From Mobula hypostoma (lineage: Eukaryota): a stretch of 64,000 bases of DNA. The notes below the pieces were generated by a model, which saw only the letters and a program-made list of their open reading frames with translations, was not told the origin of the DNA and did no database searches. Made by a program: the position numbers and the translations under genes. The stretch is from NCBI RefSeq assembly GCF_963921235.1, contig NC_086097.1, positions 60,886,001-60,950,000 of the forward strand, read 5' to 3'. Below are positions 51,777 to 64,000 of the stretch, piece by piece. Position 1 is the stretch's first letter, and every line of letters begins with the position of its first letter.

Positions 51777-53391
51777 CCCTTACATACTGCTCGGGTCAAT
51801 TTGACTGTTTTTAACCTTTGACCACGGTGAAAACCCCTAAACGCCTTTTTTTCCAGCCAAAATTTTATGACTTTTCCTAAAGTGACCTAATAAGTGCCAA
51901 AATGAAAAGATTTAAAAAAAAATTAAACTTTTGTACTGGTGCTACAATTTTTGCTATACTGAAGCTGTTCTGGGTCAAATTTTACCCGTACCGATTGCAA
52001 GCCAGGGAAATATGGGATAAAGATATTGGCAGCCTGTGATGTGCTTGGAATATGCAAGTGTATACTGGGAAGCCAGCTGTGGGAGGCACAGAAAGAAAGC
52101 AAGGCATGCGCGTCATGTTGGACATGACAGAAGGGCTGAAAGGACACAACAGGACCTGTGACAACTTCTTCACGTCTCACGAGCTTGGTCAGGTGCTCCT
52201 AAAGAAGAAAATCACAATGGTGGGTACTGTGAGGCGGAACAAGCTGGAGCTGCCACCTGCTCTGACTGAAAGAAGGGGGAGAGACGTCTTGTCTTCTAAG
52301 TTTGTGTTCACCCATGACACCACAGTTGTGTGGTATGTGGCAAAGAAGAACAAGAATGTGATCCGTGAGCACTTTACATAAGGCTGCAGAGGTAACCTTG
52401 TCACAGGCACATCCAGCTGCAAGAGAAGAACAGTCTGCTAGCCTCTCGCTATATTTCATAACATCATTGACATTTCCACATACAATGTCTTTGTCATCTG
52501 GAGTGACCTGTGCCCTACCTGGAGGGCAAGCAAGAGGAACAGAAGGAAGTTCTTTCTGGAGGAGCTTGGAAAGGCCCTTGTGACTCCTTCTATGCAAAGG
52601 TGAGAACACCTTGCCTGCACACCATTCTCAGCGGCAGTGGTAAGGGCAGTGCAGCAATCTGAACCTGGCCCTGCTCAACAAGTCCCACAAGAGGCCAAAA
52701 CAGGGGGACAAAAGAGAAGGAGATACAACTTCTGCCCTGCAAAACAGGACTGCAAAGCATAAACTACTTGCAGCAAATGTGGTAGACTCATATGCAAGGG
52801 CCACACACGCAAGGTTTCCCACTACTGCTTTGAATACAAAGACTAGTTTGCAAATAGCAACTACTTTTTTTTGTTTAGTTTGTTGGTTAAATGTTATTTA
52901 ATGTTGAATTAATAGTTAATAGTTATAATTAGATAGTAGTTAGTAGGATTTTTTTTATGATATAACAGTGAGGACAGAGTTTGCTGGTTGTAATGGTTAC
53001 AAATGGTTATATAATTATGGTTATATAATAAATCTCACAGTTCCAGAATGTTCTTGCCATTTTCAGTTTCAATAAAATATATTTAATTCTTTATGGCTGT
53101 TATGTTTTCATGTCTTACGTAAAATAGGTCATTATATTGTATGACGGTAGATATTTTTTCTCCAATGACGAGTGATGTCAAATCTAAAAAATACACTATC
53201 CCTCATCTCCAATACATTAGCTAAGGATTATTCACACTTCTATTAATGTCAGATAGGTTATTTTGACATTGTAAATAGATCAGTGGCTCAAAATTTGGTA
53301 TAGACACTTGTTATAGGGGGATTTTTGGGCCAGGGTCAAAATTGACCCTGACCATACTGGGAAGGTATAAAATCTGAATAGTATGTAACGG
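51777..53391 (+). mobile_element. Internally deleted piggyBac DNA transposon
   Basis: TTAA TSDs (51773-51776, 53392-53395); TIRs cccttacatact / agtatgtaacgg; transposase core KPGKYGIKI...MQVYTGK...CDNFFTS...VGTVRRNK; Cys-rich C-terminus at ~52710-52810. Confidence 0.92.
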
Positions 53392-53639
53392 TTAAGTATT
53401 GTTGATGCTGCACTCACCCAGACAAATAGAGGATACTCCATCACACTGCTACCTTGTGCCTTGCAGATGGTTGAAAGTCTTTGGCCTGTCACAGCTACGT
53501 CACTCACCTTAGGATATACCGCCTCAGTCCAGCTGTTGTCTTTGGAGCTTTTATATGGCTGGCCACCCAGAACCCTTCCATCTGCTGACAAATAAGATGG
53601 CCTCCTATAAAAAGTATCAACTTCTCCCAGGTCTTGGAA

Positions 53640-54990
53640 TAATGTAAGCTGCCTTAATGACTATCGCCCAGTAGCAATCACACCCACACTGATGAAATGC
53701 TTTGAGAGGTTGGTCATGACGAGACTGAACTCTTGCCTCAGAAAGGACCTGGACCCATTGCAATTTGCCTGTCACCACAATTGGTCAATGGCAGATGCAA
53801 TCTTAATGGCTCTTCACATGGCCTTAGACCACCTGGGCAATGGATACACCTATGTCAGGATGTTGTTCATCGACTATAGCTCAGCATTTAACACCATCAT
53901 TCCCACAATCTTGATTGAAAAGTTACAGAACCTGGGCCTCTGTACCTCACTCTACAATTGGATTCTCAACTTCCTAACCAGAAGACCACAATCTGTGCAG
54001 ATTGGTGATAACATCTCCTCCTCGCTGCCAATCAACACTGGTGTACCTCAAGGGAGTGTGCTTAGCCAGCTGCTCTACTCTCTTACACCCACGACAATGT
54101 GGCTAGGCACAACTCAAATACCATCTATAAATTTGCTGATGATGCTACCATTGTTGGTAGAATCTCAGATGAAGGTGATATATGCCAACTGGAGTGGTGT
54201 TACAGCAAACACCTAGCACTCAATGTCAGTAAGATGAAAGAGCTGATTGTAGATTTCGGGAAGGGTAAGATGAAGGAACACATACCACTCCTCATAAAGA
54301 GATGAGAAATGGAGAGAGTGAGCAGTTTCACGTTCCTGGATGTCAAATCTCTGAGGACCTAACCTGGTCTCAATATATCGATGTAACTATAAAGAAGGCA
54401 AGACAACTTCATTAGAAGTTTGAAGAGATTTGGTATGTCAACAAAAACACTCAAAAACTTCCATAGATGTACCACAGAGAGCATTCTGACAGGCTGCATC
54501 ACTGTCTGGTATGGGGAGGGGGCTACTGCACAGGACTGAAAAAAGCTGCAGAGGGTCTTAAATCTAGTTGTCTCCATCTTGGGTACTAGCCTACAAAATA
54601 CCCAGGATGTCTTCAAGAAACGGCATCTCAGAAAGGCAGCGTCCATTATTAAGTTTCCCCAGCACACAGGGCTTGCCCTTTTCTCATTGTTACCATCAGG
54701 GACGAGGTACAGAAGCCTGAAGGCACACACTCAGCGATTCAGGAACAGCTTCTTCCCCTCTGCCATCTGATTCCTAAATGGACATTGAACCAATGAACAC
54801 CACTTCACTTTTTTAATATATATTATTTCTGTTTTTGCATGATTTTTAATCTACTCAATATGCATATACTGTAATTGATTTACTTACTTATTTATTTTTT
54901 TTTCTCTTTCTCTATATTGCATTGAACTGCTGCTGCTAAGATAACAAATTTCGTGACACATGCCAGTGATAATAAACCTGATTCTATTCC
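53640..54990 (+). mobile_element. 5'-truncated Rex1/Babar LINE (RT to tail)
   Basis: NDYRPVA...MKCFERLV...DPLQFA...[10 protein letters not shown]...GVPQG...KFADD (53692-54305). Confidence 0.92.
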
Positions 54991-55546
54991 TTATTTTATG
55001 ATGTTTATTTGTAAAAAAAAACTGTGATGAGTGATCATACTTCAATATCATTTCAGTACTAAACATACATTTTCAGACATTTTGTTTCACTGGTAATTAT
55101 CATTGCGCATGCATTTTAAGCATTATTTTAAGTGAAACTTTCAAAAGTCAGCATCACTGCAATGTACTTCTTCAGGGTCAGTCTTTTGAATGGAACAGTC
55201 CATCAATCATAGTGATTTGTGACTCAACTGGGCAGCAGATTGATGAACATGCCAAGTTTTATCTTTTGATTTATCTTGTCTGTTATGCCTTTTCAACCTT
55301 GGCATTGTCCTACATCAAGGGTCTTGGCTTTTCAACTCAGTTTCTTAAAATAAATAAATGTGCTGAGCTGATGGATCTGCTTGAAGATTTTCACTACAGT
55401 CATTGAAGGACAGCTTCTCTGATGGCAAGTGCATTCTGGAAGGAGTCTGACATTGGATGAAGTGGGTAGTTTCAAAGCAGCTGCCCAACTTCAATGCTAT
55501 TGATTGCAGATTTTGTTATGAAGACCAAAGTTCAAAGTAGATTTTA

Positions 55547-55775
55547 AACATAAGAGATTCTGTAGATGTTGGAATTCCAGAGCAACTCACACAAAATGCT
55601 GGAGGAGCTCAGCAGGTCAGGCAGTAGCTAAAGAAATGAATAAACAGTCAATATTTTGGGTTGAGACCATTCTTCAGGACTGGAAAGAAAGAGGGGAAGA
55701 TGCCAGAATAAAAAGGAGGTGGGGAGGGGAAGGAGGACCAGCTAGAAGGTGATAGGAGAAACTAGGTGGGTGGTA
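55547..55775 (-). mobile_element. Degenerate Penelope 3' terminal fragment
   Basis: Homologous to 56161-56370, with a mutated hammerhead core (CUGAAGA...AAAA). Confidence 0.75.
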
Positions 55776-56252
55776 AAGTAAATTTATTATCAAAGTATGT
55801 ATATGTTTCCATATATTACATTGTGATTCATTTTCTTGCAGGCATTTTAAGGATAAAAGAAATACAATAGAGTTTAATGAAAAGCTACATAAACAAAGAC
55901 TACATAAACAAAAATAGATTATTTATTTTATTAATTCATGGAATGTGGATAAACCTGTCGATGCCAGGTAAAACAATCAGAGCTACCTTCTTGAACTATT
56001 GTGACCTATGTGACTAAGCTTGAATTGTTTTTATTAGAACAAAGGTGGTGAAGAGAGATTTAATTAAGGTGTATAGATCAATGGGCGGCCAAAATAGATT
56101 CTTCCTGTCACTCTGCTTTTTGCCAGCATGGATGTCAATAAATAGGAAACAGATATTTAAGACACAAAATACTCCGCAGATGCTGGGGTCAAAGCAACAC
56201 TCACAACACACTGGAGGAACTCAGCTGGTCGGGCAGCATCCGTGGAAACGAT

Positions 56253-56290
56253 CAGTCAAAGTTTCGGGCCGGAACCCTTCATCAGGACTG
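56253..56290 (-). ncRNA. Minimal type I hammerhead ribozyme motif in the Penelope terminal repeat
   Basis: Minus RNA: CAGUC CUGAUGA A GGG-uuccgg-CCC GAAA CUUU GACUG (helix I CAGUC/GACUG, helix II GGG/CCC, both conserved core boxes). Confidence 0.7.
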
Positions 56291-56844
56291 AAGAGGGAAG
56301 GGGCAAAGGCCTTGCAAAGAAGGTGGGGGACGGTGGGAAGGAGAAGGCTGGTAGGTTCCAGGTGAAAAACCAGTAAGGGGAAAGATAAAGAGGTGGGGGA
56401 GGGGAAGCAGGGAGGTGGTAGTCAGGAACGGTGAAGAAGGAATAGGAGAAAACACAATGGGTAGTAGAAGGAGGTGGAACCATGAGGGAGGTGATAGGCA
56501 GCTGGGCGAGGGGGCAGAGTGAAATAGGGATCGGGGAAGGGAGGGGAAGGGAATTACCGGAAGTTGGAGAATTCTATGTTCATACCAAGGGGCTGGAGGC
56601 TACCTAGACGGTATATGAGGTGTTGCTCCTCCAACCTGAGTTTAGCCTCATCATGGCAGTAGAGGAGGCCATGTATGGACATATCCGAATGGGAATGGGA
56701 AGCAGAGTTGAAGTGGGTGGCAACCGGGAGATCCTGTCTGTTGTGGTGGACGGAGCGGAGGTGCTCGACGAAGTGGTCCCCCAATCTGTGTCGGGTTTCA
56801 CCGATGTAGAGGAGGCCGCACCGGGAGCACTGGATGCAATAGAT

Positions 56845-57600
56845 CAGGGGTCCACAACCTTTTTTGCACCGTGGACCGGTTTGACAATATTCTTGCGCAC
56901 CGGCCGACTGGGGGTTGGTGTTCAAGTAGGGTTAAACTCACCTCAACATGTTAGGGTTGCCAACTTTCTCACTCCCAATAAGTGACAAAAGTAGCAGTCA
57001 AATCCCGGGACACTTTACTCCAAGAAAGACTACTATGACCATAAAGCTTTGCGCGGGCACCTGTTTGTGCATGCGCGTACGTGCCGATTTTCCCCCCAAC
57101 AAATCGGTTTTGCCTTCTTCTTCTGGACTCTACTGTACATACATTATTTCTACTTTATATAGGCTGTGTATTTATCATATCATTCCTGCTTTTACTATAT
57201 GTTAGCGTTATTTATTTTTGGTGTTATGTGTTATTTGGTATGATTTGTTAGGTTATTTTTTTGGGTCTGGGAACTCTCAAAAAGTTTTCCCATATAAATT
57301 AATGGTAATTGTTTCTTCGCTTTACGCCATTTCGGCACAAAAGGTTTCATAGGAACGCTCTACCTTAGCGGGGGAAATACGGGACAAGGGTGGTCCCGTA
57401 TGGGACAAACCAATTTAGCCCTATATATGGGATGTCCCTGCAACTACAGGACAGTTGGCAACCCTATGTTCAAGTTCAACAGTGTGTGACAGCGAATGAG
57501 GAAAGGCGCAGCTGACTCATTCATATCGTTTCCTCACGGCCTGGTGGCGCATGCTCTGCGGCCCGGTACCGATCCACGGACCGGTGGTTGGGGACCGCTG
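56845..57600. mobile_element. Non-autonomous hAT (Charlie-like ends) inserted in the Penelope ORF
   Basis: TIRs caggggtccacaacc / ggttggggaccgctg; exact 8-bp TSD caatagat (56837-56844, 57601-57608). Confidence 0.9.
56927..57466. mobile_element. Second non-autonomous hAT (TAGGGTTGCCA ends) nested in the first
   Basis: TIR tagggttgccaact (56952) / agttggcaacccta (ending 57466); exact 8-bp TSD tgttcaag (56919-56926, 57467-57474). Confidence 0.85.
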
Positions 57601-59737
57601 CAATAGATGACCCCAACAGACTCACAAGTGAAGTGTTGCCTCACCTGGAAGGACTGTTTGGGGCCCCGAATGGAGGGAAGAGGAAGTGTAGGGACAGGTG
57701 TAGCACTTATGCTTACAGGGATAAGTGCCAGGTGGGAGATCTGTGGGGAGGGACGTGTGGATCAGGGAGTTGTGGAGGGACATATCCCTGCGGAAATCAG
57801 AGAGGGGTAGAGAGGGAAAGATGTACTTAGTGGTGGGGTCCTGTTGAAGGTGGCGGAAGTTGTGGAGGATAATGTGCTGGATCTGGAGGCTGGTGGGGTG
57901 GTAGGTGAGGACAAGGGGAACTCTGTCCCTGTTGTGGTGGCAGGAGTATGGGGTGAGGGCTGAAGCGTGGGAAATGGAGGAGATGCGGGTGAGGGCATCA
58001 TTGATGACAGCAGAAGGGAAACCACGATCCTTGAAGAAAGGGGACATTTGAGATGTCCTGGAACGGAAAGCCTCATCCTGGGAGCAGATGCGGCGGAGAC
58101 GGAGGATCTGGGAATAGGGAATGGCATTTTTGCATGTGGTGGGGTGGGAAGAGGAATAGTCAAGGTAGTTATGAGAGTCAGTGGGCTTGTAGAAGATGCC
58201 AGTTATTGGTCTGTCTCCAGAGATGGAGACCGAGAGATCGAGAAAGGGGAGAGAAGTGTCTGAGATAGACCAAGTCAATTTGAGGGCTGGGTGGAAGTTT
58301 GAAGTAAAGTCGATGAAATTAACGAGCTCAGCACGGGTGCAGGAAGCAGTACCAATGTAGTCGTCAATGTAGCCAAGGAAAAGTTGGGGAGCACAGAATT
58401 GGTTTGGAGCATAGACTGTTCCATATAACCAATGAAGAAGCAGGCATAGCTGGGGCCCATGCGAGTGCCCATGGCTACACCCTTGGTCTGAAGAAAGTGG
58501 GAAGAACCAAAAGAGAAGTTATTAAGTGTGAGTACCAGTTCCGCCAACTGGAGGAGGGTAGTGCTGGTGGAGAACTGGTGAGGTCTATTGTACAGAAAGT
58601 AGCGGAGGGCTTTGAGGCCTTCTTGATGGGGAATGGAGGTGTATAATGATTGAACATCCATAATGAAAATGAAGCGGTTGGGACCGGGGAACTGGATATT
58701 TAAGACAATTGGTCAAAGTGGAGTTGAGTGTAAAAGTTGTGAAAGGAGTGATCTTAAATTTACTGCCTGAAAGAAGCAATGACTGGGGCATCATATTTAG
58801 ATAATACTGAAGGAAATATAAAGTCACCCCCATTAGCCTTCCCTATAATTCAGTAAGATAATGACTAAGTCCCTTTCTGAAAATAATTAGCCTCACATCA
58901 TCCTTCATTTTCATCTGGTCCAGTTTGAGATTACATTCATTAAAGTTTAAAAGAATGAACAGTAGTATTATTGAAATATATAAGCTTGGTAGAGGGCAAG
59001 ATAGAGTAAAAGATGAGAGGATGGTTCTTCTCACGGGACAGTCCAGAACTGGAAGATATATCTCAAAATAATGAGGCAGTCCTTTTAGAAAGAACTTCTG
59101 TTCTCAGAAGGAGCCTTCAGAAGTCTTTGCCAGACAACTGCAGGACAGAGGCCTTCAGAGTTAGGTAGATTTCTGATGTTGGGAATTGCTGTTGTAAACA
59201 CTTCTGTGCTGCAGCTTTCTGCCATCTTTTTTTCCAGTTGAACAATACAATTCTTTGTTCAACCTTCCAAAGTAAATAACTCCATTTTCCCCATATAATA
59301 CATTCCTTGCCAACTTTTGTATACTCAGTTGACCTATCAATATCTTTCTACAAACAGTTTGTATCCTCTTCCTAACTGAACTTCCCATCTACTGTATATT
59401 TGAGTCAAGCTCATACTTGGCTGCACACACTCACTTCCTTTATCCAGATCATTCATGTATGTTGTGAACTGTGCTCTAGTGGCATTGAGCCAGTGGCATG
59501 TCATTTGTCACAGTTTGGCAACATGAAGATGACTCCCTTTGCTACCTTCCTGTTAGCCAATCCTCCACATATGATCTTCAGAACCATACCTAATTTATGG
59601 CTTACATTTTTATGAAGCACCCTATCAAAGTTCCAGAATAATACCAAAATGAGGGAAGGACAAGATAGTGAACTACTTCAACTAAAAATATGAGGCACAA
59701 TTTCCCTTCCATAAAGCCATAGTGACTCATTTGATTA

Positions 59738-60057
59738 CATAGAAACATAGAAACATAGAAAACCTACAGCACAATAAAGGTCATTTGACCCTCAAAGTTG
59801 TGCTGAACATGTCCCTACCTTAGAAATTACTAGGCTTACCCATAGCCCTCTATTTTTCTAAGCTCCATGTACCTATCCAAAAGTCTCTTAAAAGACCCTG
59901 TTGTATCAGCCTCCACCACCGTTGCCGGCAGCCCATTCCACACACTCACTACTCTCTGAGTAAAAAACTTACCCCTGACATCTCCTCTGTACCTGCTCCC
60001 CAGCACCATAAACCTGTGTCCTCTTGTGGCAACCATTTCAGCCCTGGGAAAAAGCCA
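59738..60057 (-). mobile_element. CR1 3' end, same subfamily as 44460-44780
   Basis: (acatagaa)n tail; TRGHRFMVLGSRYRGDVRGKFFTQRVV. Confidence 0.9.
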
Positions 60058-60439
60058 GGGAAAAAAATTACATTATGACTTTCTGAATGTGCTGAGATTA
60101 CTACTTCAACACATGAATTAAATTTGCTGGAACAATTGATGCTAGTCTAGTAGGCCTAGAGTTTCTTGCCTTTTGACTCCTTCTTTCATCCAAATAGGGG
60201 TTTCATGTCAGTCAGTTTTTATAATCCTATTGCACTTCTCCAGAATCCATTGATTTTGGAAGAATTCTATCTAATGTATCACTATCTCAGCAGGTTCTTG
60301 GTAAACTAACAGATCCAGGACATTTATCAGTCTTCAACCCCATTATTTTGTATTTTTCTAGTGATAATTATGAAGTTTACTTCCACAATTTTATTTTTCA
60401 TTTAAGTAAAGGCCAAGTCAAAGACACAATGGTCAAAGT

Positions 60440-61345
60440 TGAATTTGTAGCCAAGTTTGCGGAAATGCTAAGATAGGTGGAGGGGCAGATAGTGTTGAGG
60501 AAGTAGGGAATCTGCAGAAGGACAGACAGATTAGGAGAATAGGCAAAGAAGTGACAGATAGAATATAATGTTGAGAAGTGTATGGTCATGCACTTTGATA
60601 GGAAGAGTAAAGGTATAGGCTATTTTCAGAGATGGAAAGGGGCTTAGGAGACCTCATGCAAGATTCTCTAAAGGTTAACTTGCAGTTGGGTCAGAGGTAA
60701 GGAAGACAAATGCAATGTGAGCAGTCATTTTGTTAAGACTAGAATATAAAAACAAGGATGTAATGCTGAGGCTTTATATGGCATTGGTGAGACCACACTT
60801 GGAGTATTGAGAGCAGTTTTGGGCCCCTTATTTAAGAAGATATATGTTGCCATTGAAGAGAGTCCAGAGGAGGTTTACGAGAATGATTCCAAGAATGAAA
60901 GGTTTAATGTATCAGGAATGTTTAATAGCTCTGCGCCTGTACTCATTAGAAATTAGAAGAAGGAGAGTGAATCTCATTAAAACCTGTCAAAGATAGAGTG
61001 GATGTTGAAAGGGTGTTTCTTATAGTGTGGTAGTCTAGGACCAGATGACACAGTCTCAGAATAGTGGGACGCTCCTTTAGAACAGAGATGAGGAGGAATT
61101 TCTTTAGGCAGAGAGTGGTGACTTTTTGGAATTCATTGCCATGAACAGCTGTAGAGGCCAAGTTATTGAGTATGTTTAAAGAAGAGGATGATACGTTCTA
61201 GATTAGTCAGGGCATCAAAGATTAAGGAGAGAAGGCAGGAGAATGTGGCTGAGAGGGAGAATAGATCAGCCAATGATGGAATAGCAGGGCAGAAATGATG
61301 GGCCAACTGGCCTAATTCTACTCCTCTGCCCTACAGTCTTAAGCT
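60440..61345 (+). mobile_element. CR1 RT C-terminal and 3' fragment
   Basis: AKFAE...; ALVRPHLEY*EQFWAPY; RNFFRQRVVTFWNSLP remnants. Confidence 0.85.
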
Positions 61346-61479
61346 GTTATGGAGGTTATTTTCATATACATATGTACCTGCATGCACAGGTGCAATGAAA
61401 AACTTGACTGCAGTAGCATGGTGGGTATGTAGGTACCATTGACAAGGAAAATAGAAATTAAGTAATACTTAATACCTCT

Positions 61480-62450
61480 GGTATTTTCTTGCCTACAGTG
61501 CTTCCCAAACTTATTTTCTAAGAGGCTAGATTGTCTGTTTTTATATTCTTCACTAGTTTTCCTTATTGTTTATTTTCTGATTCTTGGTTATTTTAAAATT
61601 GCCTTTGTTGGATTCTGTATTTATTTCAATATTCTGCTTTACTGTTAACTTTTGGTTCCTTTTAAATTTTCTCTTTCAGCTTAAGATTCTCTTTCACTTT
61701 CTTGATTAGCCATTGTTGGTCTAGCCCTCCCTTGGTATCATACTTTCTTCATGGGATTTCTCTTTTCTGAATGTCATGAACTACCTCCTTAAATGTCTGC
61801 CACTACCTGCCTTTCGTCGTCCCTGCTGAAATAATCACCCAGACTACTCAAGTCAATCATATCAACATGCCAAATTAATTCCCTTCATTTAAGTTAAACT
61901 CATTTGGTCCTGACCCAAATTTTTCTAATTCGAAACATTTCAGAATTCTGTCATATCATATCCATTAGCTCCATGTGGATCTTTAACTCTGTTGATATAT
62001 ATTGAATCTGTCTCATTACCCATTACCAACCAAGATATTCTGTTCCCTCGTTGGCTCCATAGCATACAGATCTAGGAAACTATTTCAAGAGCCCTGCTTC
62101 TACCTTAATTAGCCAATCTACCTGAAAATTACATTCTTTCATAATCATTACACACCCCTGATATTTGCAGATTAATACTCTTTCCTATTGTGTGGCTACT
62201 GTTTCTGGATCTATACACAGCTGCAACCAGATCTTCATGATCTCAGTTTTTATCCTCCACTCATATGGACTCAATCTTCATTCACTATTTTCCTTAGTTT
62301 GTCATGTATTGACAGCTATCCCTCTACCTTTTCCTTCCTGAAAATCAGGTAGTCCTGAAACTGAAATAATCCTGAATGTTATGTTCTTATCTTTGATTCC
62401 CCTGTAACCATGTAACAGCCATCAGATCTTATGTAATAATCTCTATTAAT
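61480..62450 (-). mobile_element. Old decayed CR1 APE/linker remnant
   Basis: Pyrimidine-rich degenerate match to 33780-34800; other pieces of probably the same old copy lie at ~59200-59720 and ~60070-60400. Confidence 0.4.
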
Positions 62451-64000
62451 GCATTATTTCATGTTTTATTATGTATATTTTGTGAAATAAGAAACAACAC
62501 AATTAGGTTTACCTTGTTCCCATTTTTAATCATCCTAGCTTTAATTTTGCTCTACGTCCTATTTGAATCTCATCCTCAATTTTGCATTCCACTGTTATTT
62601 CTTTTTAAAAAAAATAACATAAAGGTAAACAATCAGCAATATTATTAAACGGGTCTACATTTGTTTCTTTTTATCAAGGATCACTAATTTTTATCATCTC
62701 CTTGAGATTAAGAGGTAGAATATGCAAAACAAAAACAAAGTGAACAGACAAGATAATATGATCTTAACACAAAAGCTGCAGATGACAAAATGTACCGATT
62801 ATTTTAATTCTATTTGCACCATTGTTAGATCTGTAATGATGCAGTGTCCTATATTCCCAATTTATTTTGCAGCCTGGGCAGAGTGAGCCAGACACCTCCC
62901 TGTGCCATACATCAATACACTTCCATGAACAAAGTCTTTAGTTAGGTTGTCATCACATAACAAAATATTATATTAAAAGCACCTCAAAATTTGATGTGTT
63001 ATCTGTAGAAACAATAAATATTTTAGCAAATTACATTTATAGCAAACATATTGCAGCAATAACCTTAACACTTGAAGAATTTCTGCCCTAGAGTTTTGCA
63101 TTATGTATAATCTGTGAAGGATGTGGACGGCAAATTCTGGACATTAAAGGGAGAATGCTCATTCATATTCTGAAGCACACTTTGTCATCAACACCAAGGG
63201 CATTCACTGTACTGGAGCATCAGATTTCCATTGCACTGAAGTACTTTTTTAATCACACTGAATGTCAGGAAACAGATTTGATTAGAGTTTCTAAGCCAAA
63301 GTGGAAAAGTCACATCTGACTTCAAAGTTACATTATCATATGGCCATTGATGTTGAAATAAATTGTGAAGTTCTTCTGTTCCTCCTGTAATGATTAGGGT
63401 GTTACAGCTTGTAATCAGGTGTAAATTAATGAATTGAGGCCAAAATGCTTTAAAATGTATAACTTTTGACATTCATTTAAAGCATATAGAAATGTGAAGT
63501 ACAGTTTCTTGTGTATGTATTACCATTTAATGATATTTTGCTTCTGCCACCCAAATTAAAACTTCTTCACAATTTTTTTCCTATCTTCAATCATGAGAAT
63601 CATCAATCCTATCAAATGAAAAGTGTTGGCAATAGACAAGAAGGTAAAAAGTCAAAAGCTTTTATGAGAACAATAGCTAGATAGAGATATAAATTAGTGT
63701 CATCAGCAAAAACATGTTTTATTCAGCACCTTTTGTCAATAGATTTTAACAGTTCCATTAGAATTCGAAGAATATCTGAAGTGGGAAAGATGAAGCCTTG
63801 GAACAGAAAGTCTAGTTGAGCTCACACTTAGAATAAGATGTCAAAGTTCAACACTCACAGCAGATATAATTGGCTGGAGGATCATTAAGGAACTATTCTC
63901 TACTGGTGATCATTAGAGAAATTACAATGCATTTTGATGTATAGAAATTGGCCTAAATCACTCACCTACAAAGAAAGAAGTGGAGTTAAATTTCAGGTCA

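Larger units (their letters stand above)
56161..58690 (-). mobile_element. Penelope-like element (RT + GIY-YIG endonuclease), 5'-truncated
   Basis: RT motifs MDVQSLYTSIP, GVAMGTRMGPSYA, RYIDD, LPFLD, FYKPTDSH (57622-58661); GIY-YIG IYCIQCSRCGLLYIGET...EH...HFN...LEEQHLI...LGMN (56554-56843); terminal repeat with hammerhead. Confidence 0.93.

Noticed and set aside
52052..52381. Domesticated PGBD4-like host gene
   Set aside because: It lies between TIRs and TTAA TSDs, lacks the N-terminus and is frameshifted.
56290..56555. G-rich tract as a standalone regulatory or G-quadruplex element
   Set aside because: It is the purine/pyrimidine-biased 3' region of the Penelope element and also appears in the 55680-55775 copy.

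Overview
Eukaryotic, AT-rich, transposon-dominated DNA. The repeat families suggest a cartilaginous fish, probably a ray; this is inferred from the repeats and not proven. No intact host gene could be recognised and there is no sign of prokaryotic features such as operons or CRISPR. Most of the window is decayed, deeply nested mobile elements: many CR1 LINEs, Rex1/Babar LINEs, an RLE-type (HERO-like) retrotransposon, RTE-derived elements, a Gypsy LTR element, a Penelope-like element, and piggyBac, Tigger/pogo, Tc1 and hAT DNA transposons. It also holds tRNA-SINEs and a non-autonomous Helitron with 23-aa STPR-like repeats. The main observations are RNA-structural. One is a candidate HDV-like self-cleaving ribozyme with an unusual hairpin inserted in L3, at the 5' end of a TSD-flanked RTE-derived element (47468-47650, minus). 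The other is a minimal hammerhead ribozyme core in the Penelope terminal repeat (56253-56290, minus), whose short derivatives are scattered through the window. A few weak splice-site-bounded exon candidates occur in non-repeat DNA. Most repeat boundaries were read by eye and are approximate unless a TSD or TIR is cited.
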